From contig JBGSMD010000009.1 in the NCBI GenBank assembly GCA_041740355.1, positions 89,060 through 153,059 of the forward strand: a stretch of DNA of 64,000 bases, given 5' to 3'. Source of the stretch: Bdellovibrionota bacterium. GTDB taxonomy: Bacteria > Bdellovibrionota_C > UBA2361 > CALJRW01. The translations under genes and the position numbers were made by a program. A model generated the notes under the pieces. The model saw only the letters and a program-made list of their open reading frames with translations. It searched no databases and was not told the origin of the DNA. Shown piece by piece: positions 41,492 to 51,635 of the stretch (positions within the stretch are counted from its first letter, which is position 1; each line of letters begins with the position of its first letter).

Positions 41492-42565
41492 TTATAAACA
41501 TAAATTAAATTTCCCAGAAGCATTGGCACTCTTCATTATCTCGTTTATATATATTTTAAATTTTTTATTTTTCTCAAACCGATACTTGCTATTATTAGCT
41601 AGTTCTAAAGGCAAAGCACACTCAATATCTGACCCCCTAGGCTCAATGACTCCAATAATTGATAGAGAATTTAAAATATTCAACTTTTGCTTTTCAAATG
41701 GAAGATATGAAGAATCATCCACGCAAGAAAAAATTTTTTGTGAAACAACATTAAAATCAGTACAACTGGAATCATTAAGATCAACGATAAGAACATATGG
41801 AATAGACTTATCAACATATCTATAGAACCCCAACTTTGAGCTTTTATTTGAATTTAATATCTCATAGCCGACAATGTCACTACCTGGAACATAGCCTGGG
41901 ATTACATACTCACTTAAATCATTCCTAGAGTTTAAAGACAGAGACTTGTTATTTTGGTCGTAATTGTAATAATTTAAATCCACCCCCCTAGTACTAAGCT
42001 CCTTAATTATTATAAGTCTATCACCATGAGCTCTAGCAATTTTTTGATAGAAGGAAGTAAAAACCATCTCCTCTGACCAATCTAAATAATATCCACTGGA
42101 ATAATTTAAAAAATCGCTCTTAACCCTAGAAGGATCCATACCTCTAAAGTATTTATCAAGTATATTTTTTGAAGCCAAGTTAGCATCTTCTATATTTTGA
42201 AATGAATTATTATTTATAGATTGTTTGATTAATTGTTTTAGTTCTGACTTTTTAGCAAACTTAAAATCATTAGATAAACTGGTATCAGTAACTTGAGATT
42301 TTATACTTGAAAAAGCTTTTGACTCTAAAAAGTGTTTTTTAGGAAATAAAATAAGCTCAATAGCATGAATAAGTGAGATTTGATCTTCGTGTGTTCCTCG
42401 ATATTTATATTGATCAAGATAAGATTTATATCCACCTTGAAAAAATTTCTTCTCTAGCTGAAGTTTTTTTTTATTATAATCAGTAAGGCTAATGTTCTTA
42501 TTAGAACCTTGTGCAAAAGTTATATAGATTATTACAACGACTACGCTGATAGCTAAAAATTTCAT
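41492..42565 (-). CDS. AT-rich secreted protein, putative R-S-E class ADP-ribosyltransferase fold
   Basis: Signal peptide; YRG/FRG, VFTS, RGVDLN, SEYVIPGYVPGSDIVGY. The CDS is solid, the function is tentative. Confidence 0.55.
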   Translation of the reverse strand: MKFLAISVVVVIIYITFAQGSNKNISLTDYNKKKLQLEKKFFQGGYKSYLDQYKYRGTHEDQISLIHAIELILFPKKHFLESKAFSSIKSQVTDTSLSNDFKFAKKSELKQLIKQSINNNSFQNIEDANLASKNILDKYFRGMDPSRVKSDFLNYSSGYYLDWSEEMVFTSFYQKIARAHGDRLIIIKELSTRGVDLNYYNYDQNNKSLSLNSRNDLSEYVIPGYVPGSDIVGYEILNSNKSSKLGFYRYVDKSIPYVLIVDLNDSSCTDFNVVSQKIFSCVDDSSYLPFEKQKLNILNSLSIIGVIEPRGSDIECALPLELANNSKYRFEKNKKFKIYINEIMKSANASGKFNLCL

Positions 42566-42826
42566 GTAATATGATTATCATATAAAATCACTTAAACAAT
42601 ACAGCTACGCTATTCAATCAGTTGATTTTCTATAAAATAAGCTCGAAACGTTTCAAAAACAGGACCCCAACTTCGACAAGGCTTTGGCGCGCAAAAAAAA
42701 TCTATACCTTTCTACTATTCAAACCTCTTTTTACCATAGAGCTGAGTCGGGCAAGCATCTTCAATATCCCCCTATTTTTAAAAAAGTTGCCTGGCACCAG
42801 AGTAAAGTAAAGATTCGGAAGAGCAA

Positions 42827-44221
42827 TTAAGCCACAGGGCTAAATAGTGAGAAGTCATAATTTAAGATTAGTCGGTAATTCTGGGTTGTACCAACTCCTT
42901 CCTCATGCAATGAAGCAGCGCGTGCCCTAAACCAAAGCCCCTCAAACAAACCATTTAATATATGATAGTCGAGTGTAATATCGGTCTCATTTCGGTCAGG
43001 AAGCGCCACCCTCGAGACTTCGTCTATCGCCGAGTCTCCTGAAACATACGAAACATTTAGTGCCAGTCCTTCTAAGCCAAGCCGAGAAAAGTCATAGGCT
43101 GCACCCAGCAAGTAAGAGCTCTCACCAGCTCGATTAAAATGCTCGACCATACTTCCAGTATATCCAGGAAAGGATCCAAACGGGAATTTGACATCAGCGT
43201 CAGACTCGATCTGATTGAAAGCTACTTTCAGTGTAGCATTCCTATAGCTCAAGGCCTCTTGAATTCCCCAAAGGCCTGTGGCGTAAGACGTTCCATCAAG
43301 TACTAGGTCTTCTCCGACACTGCGTTGATCGGCATACTGAACTGAAAAAGCATTAGCAAAATTTTCAGATAATTTATTTTTGAAGGCCGTCTCAAAATAA
43401 AAGGTATTGTATACGTCTTCTGTGTAGTAATTAGCGGTACCAATTGTTAATTCCTCTATTGGAGCATAAGTCAAAGTTGCCAGATAGAGTCCATTTTCCT
43501 TTTCTGTCACACCTGCCGAATCCGACATGGAAACAAAGTGTTCACTATCAAACTCCTTGATGCTGTTGATGTAACCTACATTATATTGCCAAACTTCATT
43601 GCGATCCTTTCCCATGCTCAGTGTGTACCCCTCCTGAGTGAGCGGAAGCATTCGCACATCGTATACATTTAGAAATGGGAGATCAAAACGTTGTCGGTAA
43701 AGTGAAACAACATGGTCTCCAAAATGAAACCTAGGATTTACTACTTGAAAAGTCTCGATATCTCCCTGATCAGGTTCAAGAAGTTTTGATCCCTCCTTAT
43801 CACTGGGGGCATGCAAAGGATAAGAGGTAGCGAACTCAGTCGACATGCTGAAAATTCCATTTACTTTTCCGATTTGATGCTCAATTACATTACCTTGAGC
43901 CCAGCCCAATGGTTGCGTGCCATCGGAATTAATCTGATCAAAATAATAATTTCTTAAGTTGAGTTTTAAGGAGGAGCTCGAAAGTGCTTTTTCTAGATCA
44001 TCCGAGCCGAGTGCATCTAAGAAAACTGGCGCATCCCCTGTATCAAAGCCCGTTGGCAAATTATGAGCTGACGCGGGATGAGGAACATCTTTTAAATTTT
44101 CATCAGCTCTAACTTCTAAGTTCCCAGCCAACAACGGAACAAGTAAAAGTAACGTTACAAAACTTACCCGTATGTGTTTATCTACGATCTTCATCACACA
44201 AAATCTCCGCAAAAAAAACAA
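42827..44221 (-). CDS. OprD-family outer-membrane porin
   Basis: LNLRNYYF, D.RMLP.T..G, FNRAGE, ETDITLDY, GLWFRAR, RLILNYDF. Confidence 0.85.
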   Translation of the reverse strand: MFFLRRFCVMKIVDKHIRVSFVTLLLLVPLLAGNLEVRADENLKDVPHPASAHNLPTGFDTGDAPVFLDALGSDDLEKALSSSSLKLNLRNYYFDQINSDGTQPLGWAQGNVIEHQIGKVNGIFSMSTEFATSYPLHAPSDKEGSKLLEPDQGDIETFQVVNPRFHFGDHVVSLYRQRFDLPFLNVYDVRMLPLTQEGYTLSMGKDRNEVWQYNVGYINSIKEFDSEHFVSMSDSAGVTEKENGLYLATLTYAPIEELTIGTANYYTEDVYNTFYFETAFKNKLSENFANAFSVQYADQRSVGEDLVLDGTSYATGLWGIQEALSYRNATLKVAFNQIESDADVKFPFGSFPGYTGSMVEHFNRAGESSYLLGAAYDFSRLGLEGLALNVSYVSGDSAIDEVSRVALPDRNETDITLDYHILNGLFEGLWFRARAASLHEEGVGTTQNYRLILNYDFSLFSPVA

Positions 44222-45106
44222 TTAACGCGCGATAACTTCAGTGGCTACGACTCGTCCGTTAAGAGGCTGAATCGGACGATTATTGGCATTTAAGCGCTCA
44301 GCAAAAGCTGCTATTTGTCTTTTTGAAATTGTGATCCTCTCACTCATAACTAACCATTCAATACCTTCTGTACATGGTGGAGTTGTGAAAGAGCCCTTGT
44401 AGTGTACCTCCGCTGAACTATCTGGAAGGAGATCATCTACATTTATCTTAACATGCTCCAGATGTTTTGACTCTCCTGGAGTACTCGGCAGGTTTTGAAT
44501 AAGAGACTCAAAGTTTTTGTTGTGTTTCCCTTCTTCAAACAGCACCGATAAGACAGCATATTTCCCATCAAGGCTTTGGTGGACAAGGTGCATCTCCATC
44601 GGAAGGTATTTATTATTAAAGGTATGCTCGCTTGGGGTATGAAAATGAAATTGTTTCAACTCAAACTTTTTATCACCCTGCGTAATCCAACTTCCTTCAT
44701 CATATGTCACCTGAATAGTGTGGCCGTTGTCGAGTATATCCTCAACGTGCTCATGGTGAGCAACTGTCAGGCTGGAATGATTATACTTTCTATTTAGATC
44801 TTTACCTAAGGAAACGGAACGCAGCTCAATATCGATGGGAGATTGAGAAACACCTTCTGAACATGCAGAATAAAGCGGGCTGAGTTGACCCCACGTAGCA
44901 GGAGAATTTTCACCAGAATATCCCCATTCCACAGGTCTAGCAGATGAATTATTGTCTTGCGACGAAACTGAGGAATTTGTACTCGTCGAGTTAGTACTAC
45001 AAGAGATCACCGACATTAAAGAAGTTATTAGCACTAATCGAACGATAGAAGAATCCGCAGCAAAGTTGGATATTCTGTTAAAAAACTTTGTTTGTATAAA
45101 ATACAT
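44222..45106 (-). CDS. Alpha-class carbonic anhydrase, probable lipoprotein
   Basis: QSPIDI, QFHFHTPSEH, EMHLVH, GSFTTPPCTEG; VISC lipobox. Confidence 0.95.
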   Translation of the reverse strand: MYFIQTKFFNRISNFAADSSIVRLVLITSLMSVISCSTNSTSTNSSVSSQDNNSSARPVEWGYSGENSPATWGQLSPLYSACSEGVSQSPIDIELRSVSLGKDLNRKYNHSSLTVAHHEHVEDILDNGHTIQVTYDEGSWITQGDKKFELKQFHFHTPSEHTFNNKYLPMEMHLVHQSLDGKYAVLSVLFEEGKHNKNFESLIQNLPSTPGESKHLEHVKINVDDLLPDSSAEVHYKGSFTTPPCTEGIEWLVMSERITISKRQIAAFAERLNANNRPIQPLNGRVVATEVIAR

Positions 45107-45763
45107 TTTAACACTCTCCCAGTTAATGATAAATTTATATTTACTCCACGTTTCATTAACTTAAGTATATCGAAGATTTAGTGAAGTCAAGAGTTAATTT
45201 AGCTGCTATCCCGAATCTCAGAAACTTCAGTGCGATGGGATATCGACTGTAGAAGGACTTTCTCTGCTGCAATGAATAGGAACTTCTGGAATTAGTTAAT
45301 CTTTATTGGGGGACATCTTATTGCCTTTTATTGTTATTCACTGCTTCCGCTGCAAAGTTACTCTCCCCCTTCGTCTAGCAGTTTTATAACCGAAAAAACT
45401 TCTTAGATTCTACTGCAAGGATTAAACATTGTCTTTGATTCTAAATGTATACTTATGGGTCAAATTCCAATCATTCTTTGAGAACGAACCAAGGATAATG
45501 TCTGTAATTACTCTAAATTCATAAGTTCGATCTTCTTTTAAAATTAAAGACTCATGATTTTGCTTTAGCTTCCAATAATTTTTTTCTCAAGATTGATTTT
45601 ATATGACTAAGGCTGAGTAGCTAAAAAAGTCCTAATTTTATCGCTAAAAAAACACTATTTTTGAAATATCTTTAAATTTCAGGACGTTTCATATGCTTAA
45701 ATATATATTCCCATCCGCTCATTTGCACTAACCCCAAATGTAATATCAAGAATTGCCCCAAGA

Positions 45764-47136
45764 TCACTTTAATATATTCTTGTAGATCTTTCCGTTCTTC
45801 ATGATTAAAAGAAAATTCTTAGCAGGGTCTGCGATAAGTTCTATGTTTGCAATTGGATCTCCATTCACGAGTAACAAATCTGCAATTGCCCCTTCCTCAA
45901 CGACACCTAATTTTCCTGGATAGCGATTACGTGGACCAGAAAGTGCAAGTAATTGTGCGTTCTCACTCGTAACCAACTTGAGTATTTCAGGTGAGGTAAA
46001 CCATTTTTTCAACTTCAATATGTCTGAATTTTGATTTTTATTTTGTGCTGGGTTAAATAAAAAATCGGTGCCCCATGCAAGCTTGACATTGTATTTCTTG
46101 GCCCAAGTGAAGGCGTCATCCGTACCCTTAACGACCGTATGTTTTTTGCCTTAACTTCCGCGCTAGCTGCCGCAGGTGCCTCATCAAGTGACTGCAAACT
46201 GAGCCATATCCAATTTTCGGCAAGGACTTTCATTGTTGGCTCATCTAATAATTGTCCATGTTCTATACATTTCACCCCTGCCTCGACTGCTCGCCTTACT
46301 GATTTAGGTGTGTAGGTATGCACCGTGACATAAGTCCCCCAATCGTCGGCAGCCTCAACAGCTGCTTTCATTTCATCCAATGTATACTGAGCTACGTCCA
46401 GTGGATCATATGGCGATGCTGCACCGCCACCTGCCATAACTTTAATCTGGGATGCTCCAGCAGGAAGATTTTCGCGAGTGGCTGTAAGCACTTCATCTCT
46501 GCCATCCGCAATAAAGTTGGCTCCTAAAAGTTCGCCCCGAGATATAGCACCACCAAATCGATGCGCTCGTTCATGTGGTAGTCGAGAGTCGCCATGCCCA
46601 GAGGTCTGCGAGATCATTGCTCCACTGGCATAAATCCGCGGACCAGATATTGTTCCCTGATCAATTTGTTTCTTTATTTCAAATACTGGACCACCCAGAT
46701 CACGAACAGTAGTGAACCCACGCTGCAACATTTGCTTAGCTTCCTCTCTTCCTCGCGACTGAAGAGTTTCAGGAGTTACTTTTGGATCCATCAAATCATG
46801 TTGGGTGCTGGCATTCATCACTACGTGCACATGGTTGTCTATTAGCCCTGGCATAATAGTGAGTCACTTGGTATCTATGATTGCGGTACCGGCTGCCGGT
46901 TTAATCGGAGTGACTGACATTCGAGTAATTTTGTTTCCATCGATCATAATGCTCATGCTATCTGTAAGCTTTTCACTTACACCATTAAAAATACGAGCAT
47001 TAATTATTAAGGTTTGAACTGAAGCGGAATTATCTTCCGCGACAATCGTAGATTCTTGTGCATTAACTATAGTAGTGATGAGTAAAGTTAGAATCATTGC
47101 GGAGATTAGCAGTCCTAGAAGTTTGAAATCAATCAT
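45764..47136 (-). pseudogene. Secreted metal-dependent amidohydrolase (prolidase-like), disrupted
   Basis: In-frame TGA at 46864-46866 (DTK*LTIMPGLIDNHVH) and a frameshift at the T6 run 46142-46147; three ORF fragments make up one enzyme. Confidence 0.88.
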
Positions 47137-47455
47137 TGCACATAGTCTCTTTGAGTATCTAAAATTGATACGAATAATCTCTCATTTTTTAAATTCTATG
47201 CCAATATAAAATGAATCTTTACAAGCTAGAATGTTAATGCCGATCATTACTGCATCTACTAAGTGTCTAATTAGATAAACATCTAAGTTATTGGTTTCAA
47301 TCTGCTAAGCTGAACTTGCTGAATTAGCGTTTACTTTTGTCGAAGCAAAAGAGACGAATTAAACTATTCAAGATATTAATCCAAAACTTTACTGGCATAT
47401 CAATAAATCGCTTTCTTTAAGCCTAGCCAAAGGACGAAGTGCCTTTTAGTTTAAC

Positions 47456-47983
47456 TTATTTAAGTGACTCGACAATTTTCTTAAGTTCTAGAATCTGTGT
47501 AGCAGAATATCCAATATTAGATTTCCAAATCATTTTTCCTTGCTTATCAATCAAGATAACATGAGCACTTTGCGGTCGCTCATTACCAATAGTATTTATT
47601 ATTTTATCAGCATCTTCATATACTGTAACTACGGATCCCCAATCAGACTTTGGAATACCACTTCTCATTCCGTTATCAATATATTCTTGAACAACTTGCG
47701 GTATCATTCCAGCAATTGTTGGTATTTCTACAATTTTAAGTGGTAAATCGGCTTGAAGTATTCCAAGTATCCAACGATCAATATCAAACTGTGCTCTTTG
47801 TTTATAACCAATAAGCAACACTGTATTACTACCCTGAAAATCTTCCGGTATTTTTACTTTTTTTTCATCCAAACCATTCCCGATAACACTGGGAAAAGTT
47901 TGATTTAGTTGTGATTGATCCATAATGACAGTTTTGGAACATGCCGATAAGAGGATTAAAATTAAGACTAATAATTTTTTCAT
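47456..47983 (-). CDS. Lipoprotein, thioredoxin-like/ATP10-like fold
   Basis: MKKLL...LSAC lipobox; FP.V.G..LD, LIDKQGKMIW; no CxxC. Confidence 0.65.
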   Translation of the reverse strand: MKKLLVLILILLSACSKTVIMDQSQLNQTFPSVIGNGLDEKKVKIPEDFQGSNTVLLIGYKQRAQFDIDRWILGILQADLPLKIVEIPTIAGMIPQVVQEYIDNGMRSGIPKSDWGSVVTVYEDADKIINTIGNERPQSAHVILIDKQGKMIWKSNIGYSATQILELKKIVESLK

Positions 47984-48236
47984 ATTCAAATTGTATTTCA
48001 TAATTTATAAAAAAAGTAACTCTGGCTTTTAAAATTTCATTCTCTGACTACTGAATAAAATTTTGATGTAGTAATATTTTTATTTTTAACTAATTTATAA
48101 TTGTACAATAACAACTAAAAATTATTAACAATATGAGCAAGATCATAATCTACTCAAACTAATTAATAATTAAGCAACCTGCATGGGAGATGCAATTAAT
48201 GGCTACGTTTCTATCCTACCTCTGCTCCCTACAAAG

Positions 48237-49352
48237 TTAGAATAAAAAGAATGACGCAGCTAAGCCAAGAGACACAAGAACTAAGTAAGTAATTGGGAAG
48301 ATCCATCTACTACGAGACTCAATCAAGTCAGCGCGGGCGACATGTCCTTTTTTATCAAGTGACCCAATTAGTAAATTAACAACTATTGTAGCAGACATCA
48401 TTAAAAAACTGATGTTTAGGAAGCCATTTATAAATGTAACATAAGAAATCTGAGGTAGTCGATCACCTAATACTATTTGATAAGCAACGGCTGTTAAAAT
48501 CCCCACAAAACAAATGTTTATTCGATCGCCCATAGAGGATCGATCGATCCAAAAAACAGACCAAATAAGCATAACGATCATTGCTAGCGGAAAAATTACT
48601 AACCGAACCATAAAGAAAGAATTTCGCTCAACATCTATTCTGATTACTAAGGATGATGCGTTACTTCCCTTTCCACTTGTGGTAGATATAAGTTCTCGAG
48701 TGGAAAGATGGATATCTTGAAGATACCATTGATCGACTGAAACCTTTTTCTTGGAAAGGTTGGCATCCTTTGGATTCACTTCAAAAAGGATCTTACTTTG
48801 GTCAAAGCCAAAAATTGCAAAGATAGCTTCAAGTTTTTGCTGATCAAACGGAAGTCGTCTCATAGAAAGTTTTACTTCCGCAATAGCATTAATCATTTGG
48901 GAGAATGTCACGGATCCATCAGGGAATACACTCAAGGATGCGGCGCTTGTTTCAAATAGTCCTGTTTGATTAATTAATACTACCTGAGGAGTCCAGCCAG
49001 TAAATACTTCATTTATCTGATAGTCCCCCTGATATATCTTTTCTGAAATTTGTTCTTTAGCTGGGTCGAAAGCTAGTCGTGGATCAGTCCACTTTAGTGT
49101 GAGTGTCCCCAGGAACTCGAAAGTTTCGTCTTTGTCGTTAATATTATTGATTGCATGTAATTGAAAATCTGCACCTAGAACTAATAGCTTTTCTTTGGAA
49201 GTTGGAGCAGGCAATGAAGTTGCGTTAAGTTGAATCTGCTCTGAATTAACAACAGTGTCTTCTGACCGTTGAGCAAACGCAAAATTGGCATTTAAGATCA
49301 TTACAAATAAAATTTGTATAACAATCCATGAACTTTTCGAATATGAGATCAC
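48237..49352 (-). CDS. Prokaryotic pentameric ligand-gated ion channel (GLIC/ELIC family)
   Basis: Signal peptide, WTDPRL, WTPQV, RRLPFDQQ Pro-loop, four C-terminal TM helices, SRWIFP. Confidence 0.9.
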   Translation of the reverse strand: MISYSKSSWIVIQILFVMILNANFAFAQRSEDTVVNSEQIQLNATSLPAPTSKEKLLVLGADFQLHAINNINDKDETFEFLGTLTLKWTDPRLAFDPAKEQISEKIYQGDYQINEVFTGWTPQVVLINQTGLFETSAASLSVFPDGSVTFSQMINAIAEVKLSMRRLPFDQQKLEAIFAIFGFDQSKILFEVNPKDANLSKKKVSVDQWYLQDIHLSTRELISTTSGKGSNASSLVIRIDVERNSFFMVRLVIFPLAMIVMLIWSVFWIDRSSMGDRINICFVGILTAVAYQIVLGDRLPQISYVTFINGFLNISFLMMSATIVVNLLIGSLDKKGHVARADLIESRSRWIFPITYLVLVSLGLAASFFLF

Positions 49353-49503
49353 TAAATTGATTCCTTTTTCATTTAAACATAATTAAATGGCTACATAAAA
49401 TTAAAAATTTATCCGATTTTTGATAAGCAAACAAGTCCGCTATTACGCTTTGCTACAAAGCAAGTCATTGAGTAAAACCTTTGGAATTTAAGTAAATCTG
49501 TTA

Positions 49504-50190
49504 TTAAACTTGTACATCAAACTCTTCCCGGGCACGATACAATCCCACTAATCGAGCTACCATCACAACTAAGTAAAGCTGACCAGCCACAGTTTCTAAG
49601 ACTACTAGTCCGCGAGCAAAGTCAGAACTGGGAATAATGTCAACATACCCAAGAGTTGCTAAAGTGATGAAGCTGAAATAAATTGCCGAGGCAATTGAGA
49701 ATGACTGATTAGATAAAGAGTCTGAAATTATAAAAGATCCCGGTATTAATTGTTCCATACTCCAATAAACAAATGCCATACAAAGTCCGGCGAGAATATA
49801 CCCACTTAATGCAGCGTAAAGAGTTTCATCATTAACTTTATTAGTGTGAATTGACGACTTAACAGTAAATGCTACTGCCCCTACTGAGAAAATTGCTAGC
49901 AATGGGAGAATAAGAGTGAAGTAGTCGATTTTTAAAATAGAAGAGAGTCCAGCTCCAAAAAGAAAAATCAGTATAGTCAAAATAATGACCTGTAAACTTC
50001 GAAACTTTCGCTCGCCAATAAGAGCTAAACTAAGGTTTAATCCTAGGAAGATATGATAAATGTACCCAGGCAAGTGAAGTGTAACTAATATTGGCGCAGC
50101 ACAAAATGTCAATAATAGTGAATAAAAAAGCATCTGAAAGCGATGTTGAACATAGGAATCAAAGAGTTTGTAAATTTTGGATTTACTCAT
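49504..50190 (-). CDS. Potassium-channel family protein (Ion_trans_2) with altered filter
   Basis: YFSFITLATLGYVDIIP...E...GQLY. Confidence 0.85.
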   Translation of the reverse strand: MSKSKIYKLFDSYVQHRFQMLFYSLLLTFCAAPILVTLHLPGYIYHIFLGLNLSLALIGERKFRSLQVIILTILIFLFGAGLSSILKIDYFTLILPLLAIFSVGAVAFTVKSSIHTNKVNDETLYAALSGYILAGLCMAFVYWSMEQLIPGSFIISDSLSNQSFSIASAIYFSFITLATLGYVDIIPSSDFARGLVVLETVAGQLYLVVMVARLVGLYRAREEFDVQV

Positions 50191-50314
50191 AATTTTTCTG
50201 CCTGCCCATTAGAAAGATTATATCAAAATGATTTCTTTTGAAATAATATTAATTAGTAAAGCTAATTAGATTAATCATGTTATATTTAAGCCAAATATTT
50301 TTTTAGAATGACAT

Positions 50315-51166
50315 ATGAGCCTAAAGAAATTAAAACCAATCTTTAGTTATCTAGGCTCTCGAATGCGAAGTCCCCCGCCGCTCAAGATAATTTCGATTTT
50401 CCACATTTACAACGAGCGTCGTTTTTTACCGGCACAACTTAAACATCAAGCAGAACGAGGTTTGCAGGCTGACATTATTGACAATCAGTTAACTGATGGC
50501 GGTGCTGAAGAACGGGTAAATCAAACTAAGAAAGGTTTAATTTCTATTGGACTTTTAGATCAAGCAACTTTTCTTAATCACTCAGAAAGAAGCTTTTATG
50601 AAGCACTTCTTGATTGTGATACAGATTTTTATCAGACGGTCTCAAAGCAAATCACTTATTGGATTGCAGAGCATAATCCTTCCCAAGTATTTTGTGATGC
50701 TGTGGAATTTTATAATCCAGTGCATGACATAGCTTTACCATTAGTGATATCGGCCGTTAAACAGAAAGAAATTGAAATTCTGGAAGTCCCATTAATTTAT
50801 CAAGACAAGTCCCAAGCAACTGGTTTTTCACTACAACAGGTTCGCCGCTCAAGGCTTCAGGATGAGTTTAATGTTAAACTATCAGATCAGGAAGTTGCCA
50901 ATAAAATTAATGCCCGCGATACAATTTATACTGAACTCTCACAACAGATGGGAGCTTTACTTACAAAAGTAAGTTCCGAGCAGGCCCGCTCAGAATATGC
51001 GGCACAGCACAAACATCCTCTTTCTATCCGTAATGAGAATGAACCACTGCGTTATGAAGAGCGTGCCGAACTTTTATTTTCTCAAGGGCTAGTTCGTGCG
51101 CCGATTCGTTACATGGAAAATTATGTTCCGATAGTTACTGATTTATTAGCTGAAAAAATCTCTTAA
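50315..51166 (+). CDS. Hypothetical protein, apparently chimeric (GT2-like N-terminal fragment joined to another protein)
   Basis: HIYNERRFL...IIDNQLTDGG start, followed by unrelated sequence with DAVEFYNPVHD. Confidence 0.55.
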   Translation: MSLKKLKPIFSYLGSRMRSPPPLKIISIFHIYNERRFLPAQLKHQAERGLQADIIDNQLTDGGAEERVNQTKKGLISIGLLDQATFLNHSERSFYEALLDCDTDFYQTVSKQITYWIAEHNPSQVFCDAVEFYNPVHDIALPLVISAVKQKEIEILEVPLIYQDKSQATGFSLQQVRRSRLQDEFNVKLSDQEVANKINARDTIYTELSQQMGALLTKVSSEQARSEYAAQHKHPLSIRNENEPLRYEERAELLFSQGLVRAPIRYMENYVPIVTDLLAEKIS

Positions 51167-51390
51167 ATTTTGCAGATTATTCCTTAGTGACAATTTTTAA
51201 TTCATTTAAAAATAATTCAGACTTATTACCTTCTACAATTGAGATAATAAAATTTTCTTTTGTGTCCTTGTCTTCAAACCTTATTTGATAATCACTTTTA
51301 AATTCAACATAATATCTCTTTTTTGATCCTTCCATACCACCGGAAGGTAGAAAATGTTGCGAGACATAATATTTATTATTTTTCTTTCAA

Positions 51391-51608
51391 ATATACTAGG
51401 CGACATTTAAAATTACCGTTTTAAATCAGTCGCCTAGTATATCAAGTGCGAAACACTTGTAGCGACCCTAGGGGGTCGCTAAGGCAAAAAAGGCTTGTTT
51501 TACAAGCATTTCTGCTGGGGAAAACAAATATACTAAAACCCGATAAACGGAAAAAGCTTTAGCTTTTTTTCAAGCCGTCGGGTCAAAACCTTATGGGTTT
51601 TAGTATAT
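51391..51608 (-). repeat. ~215-bp composite palindromic repeat, copy 1
   Basis: Its reverse complement aligns with 61595-61807; modules TATACTAGGCGAC...GTCGCCTAGTATA and TATACTAAAACCC...GGGTTTTAGTATA. Confidence 0.85.
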
Positions 51609-51635
51609 TTATCTTAGAACATTACTATTTTTTTG

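Noticed and set aside
45107-45763. 650-bp non-coding gap as ncRNA or gene remnant
   Set aside because: No convincing structure, repeat or recognisable reading frame seen
46864-46866. In-frame TGA as Gly recoding (genetic code 25) or selenocysteine
   Set aside because: The same gene has an independent frameshift, TGA serves as a normal stop at 45764 and 54109, and long core genes have no internal TGA
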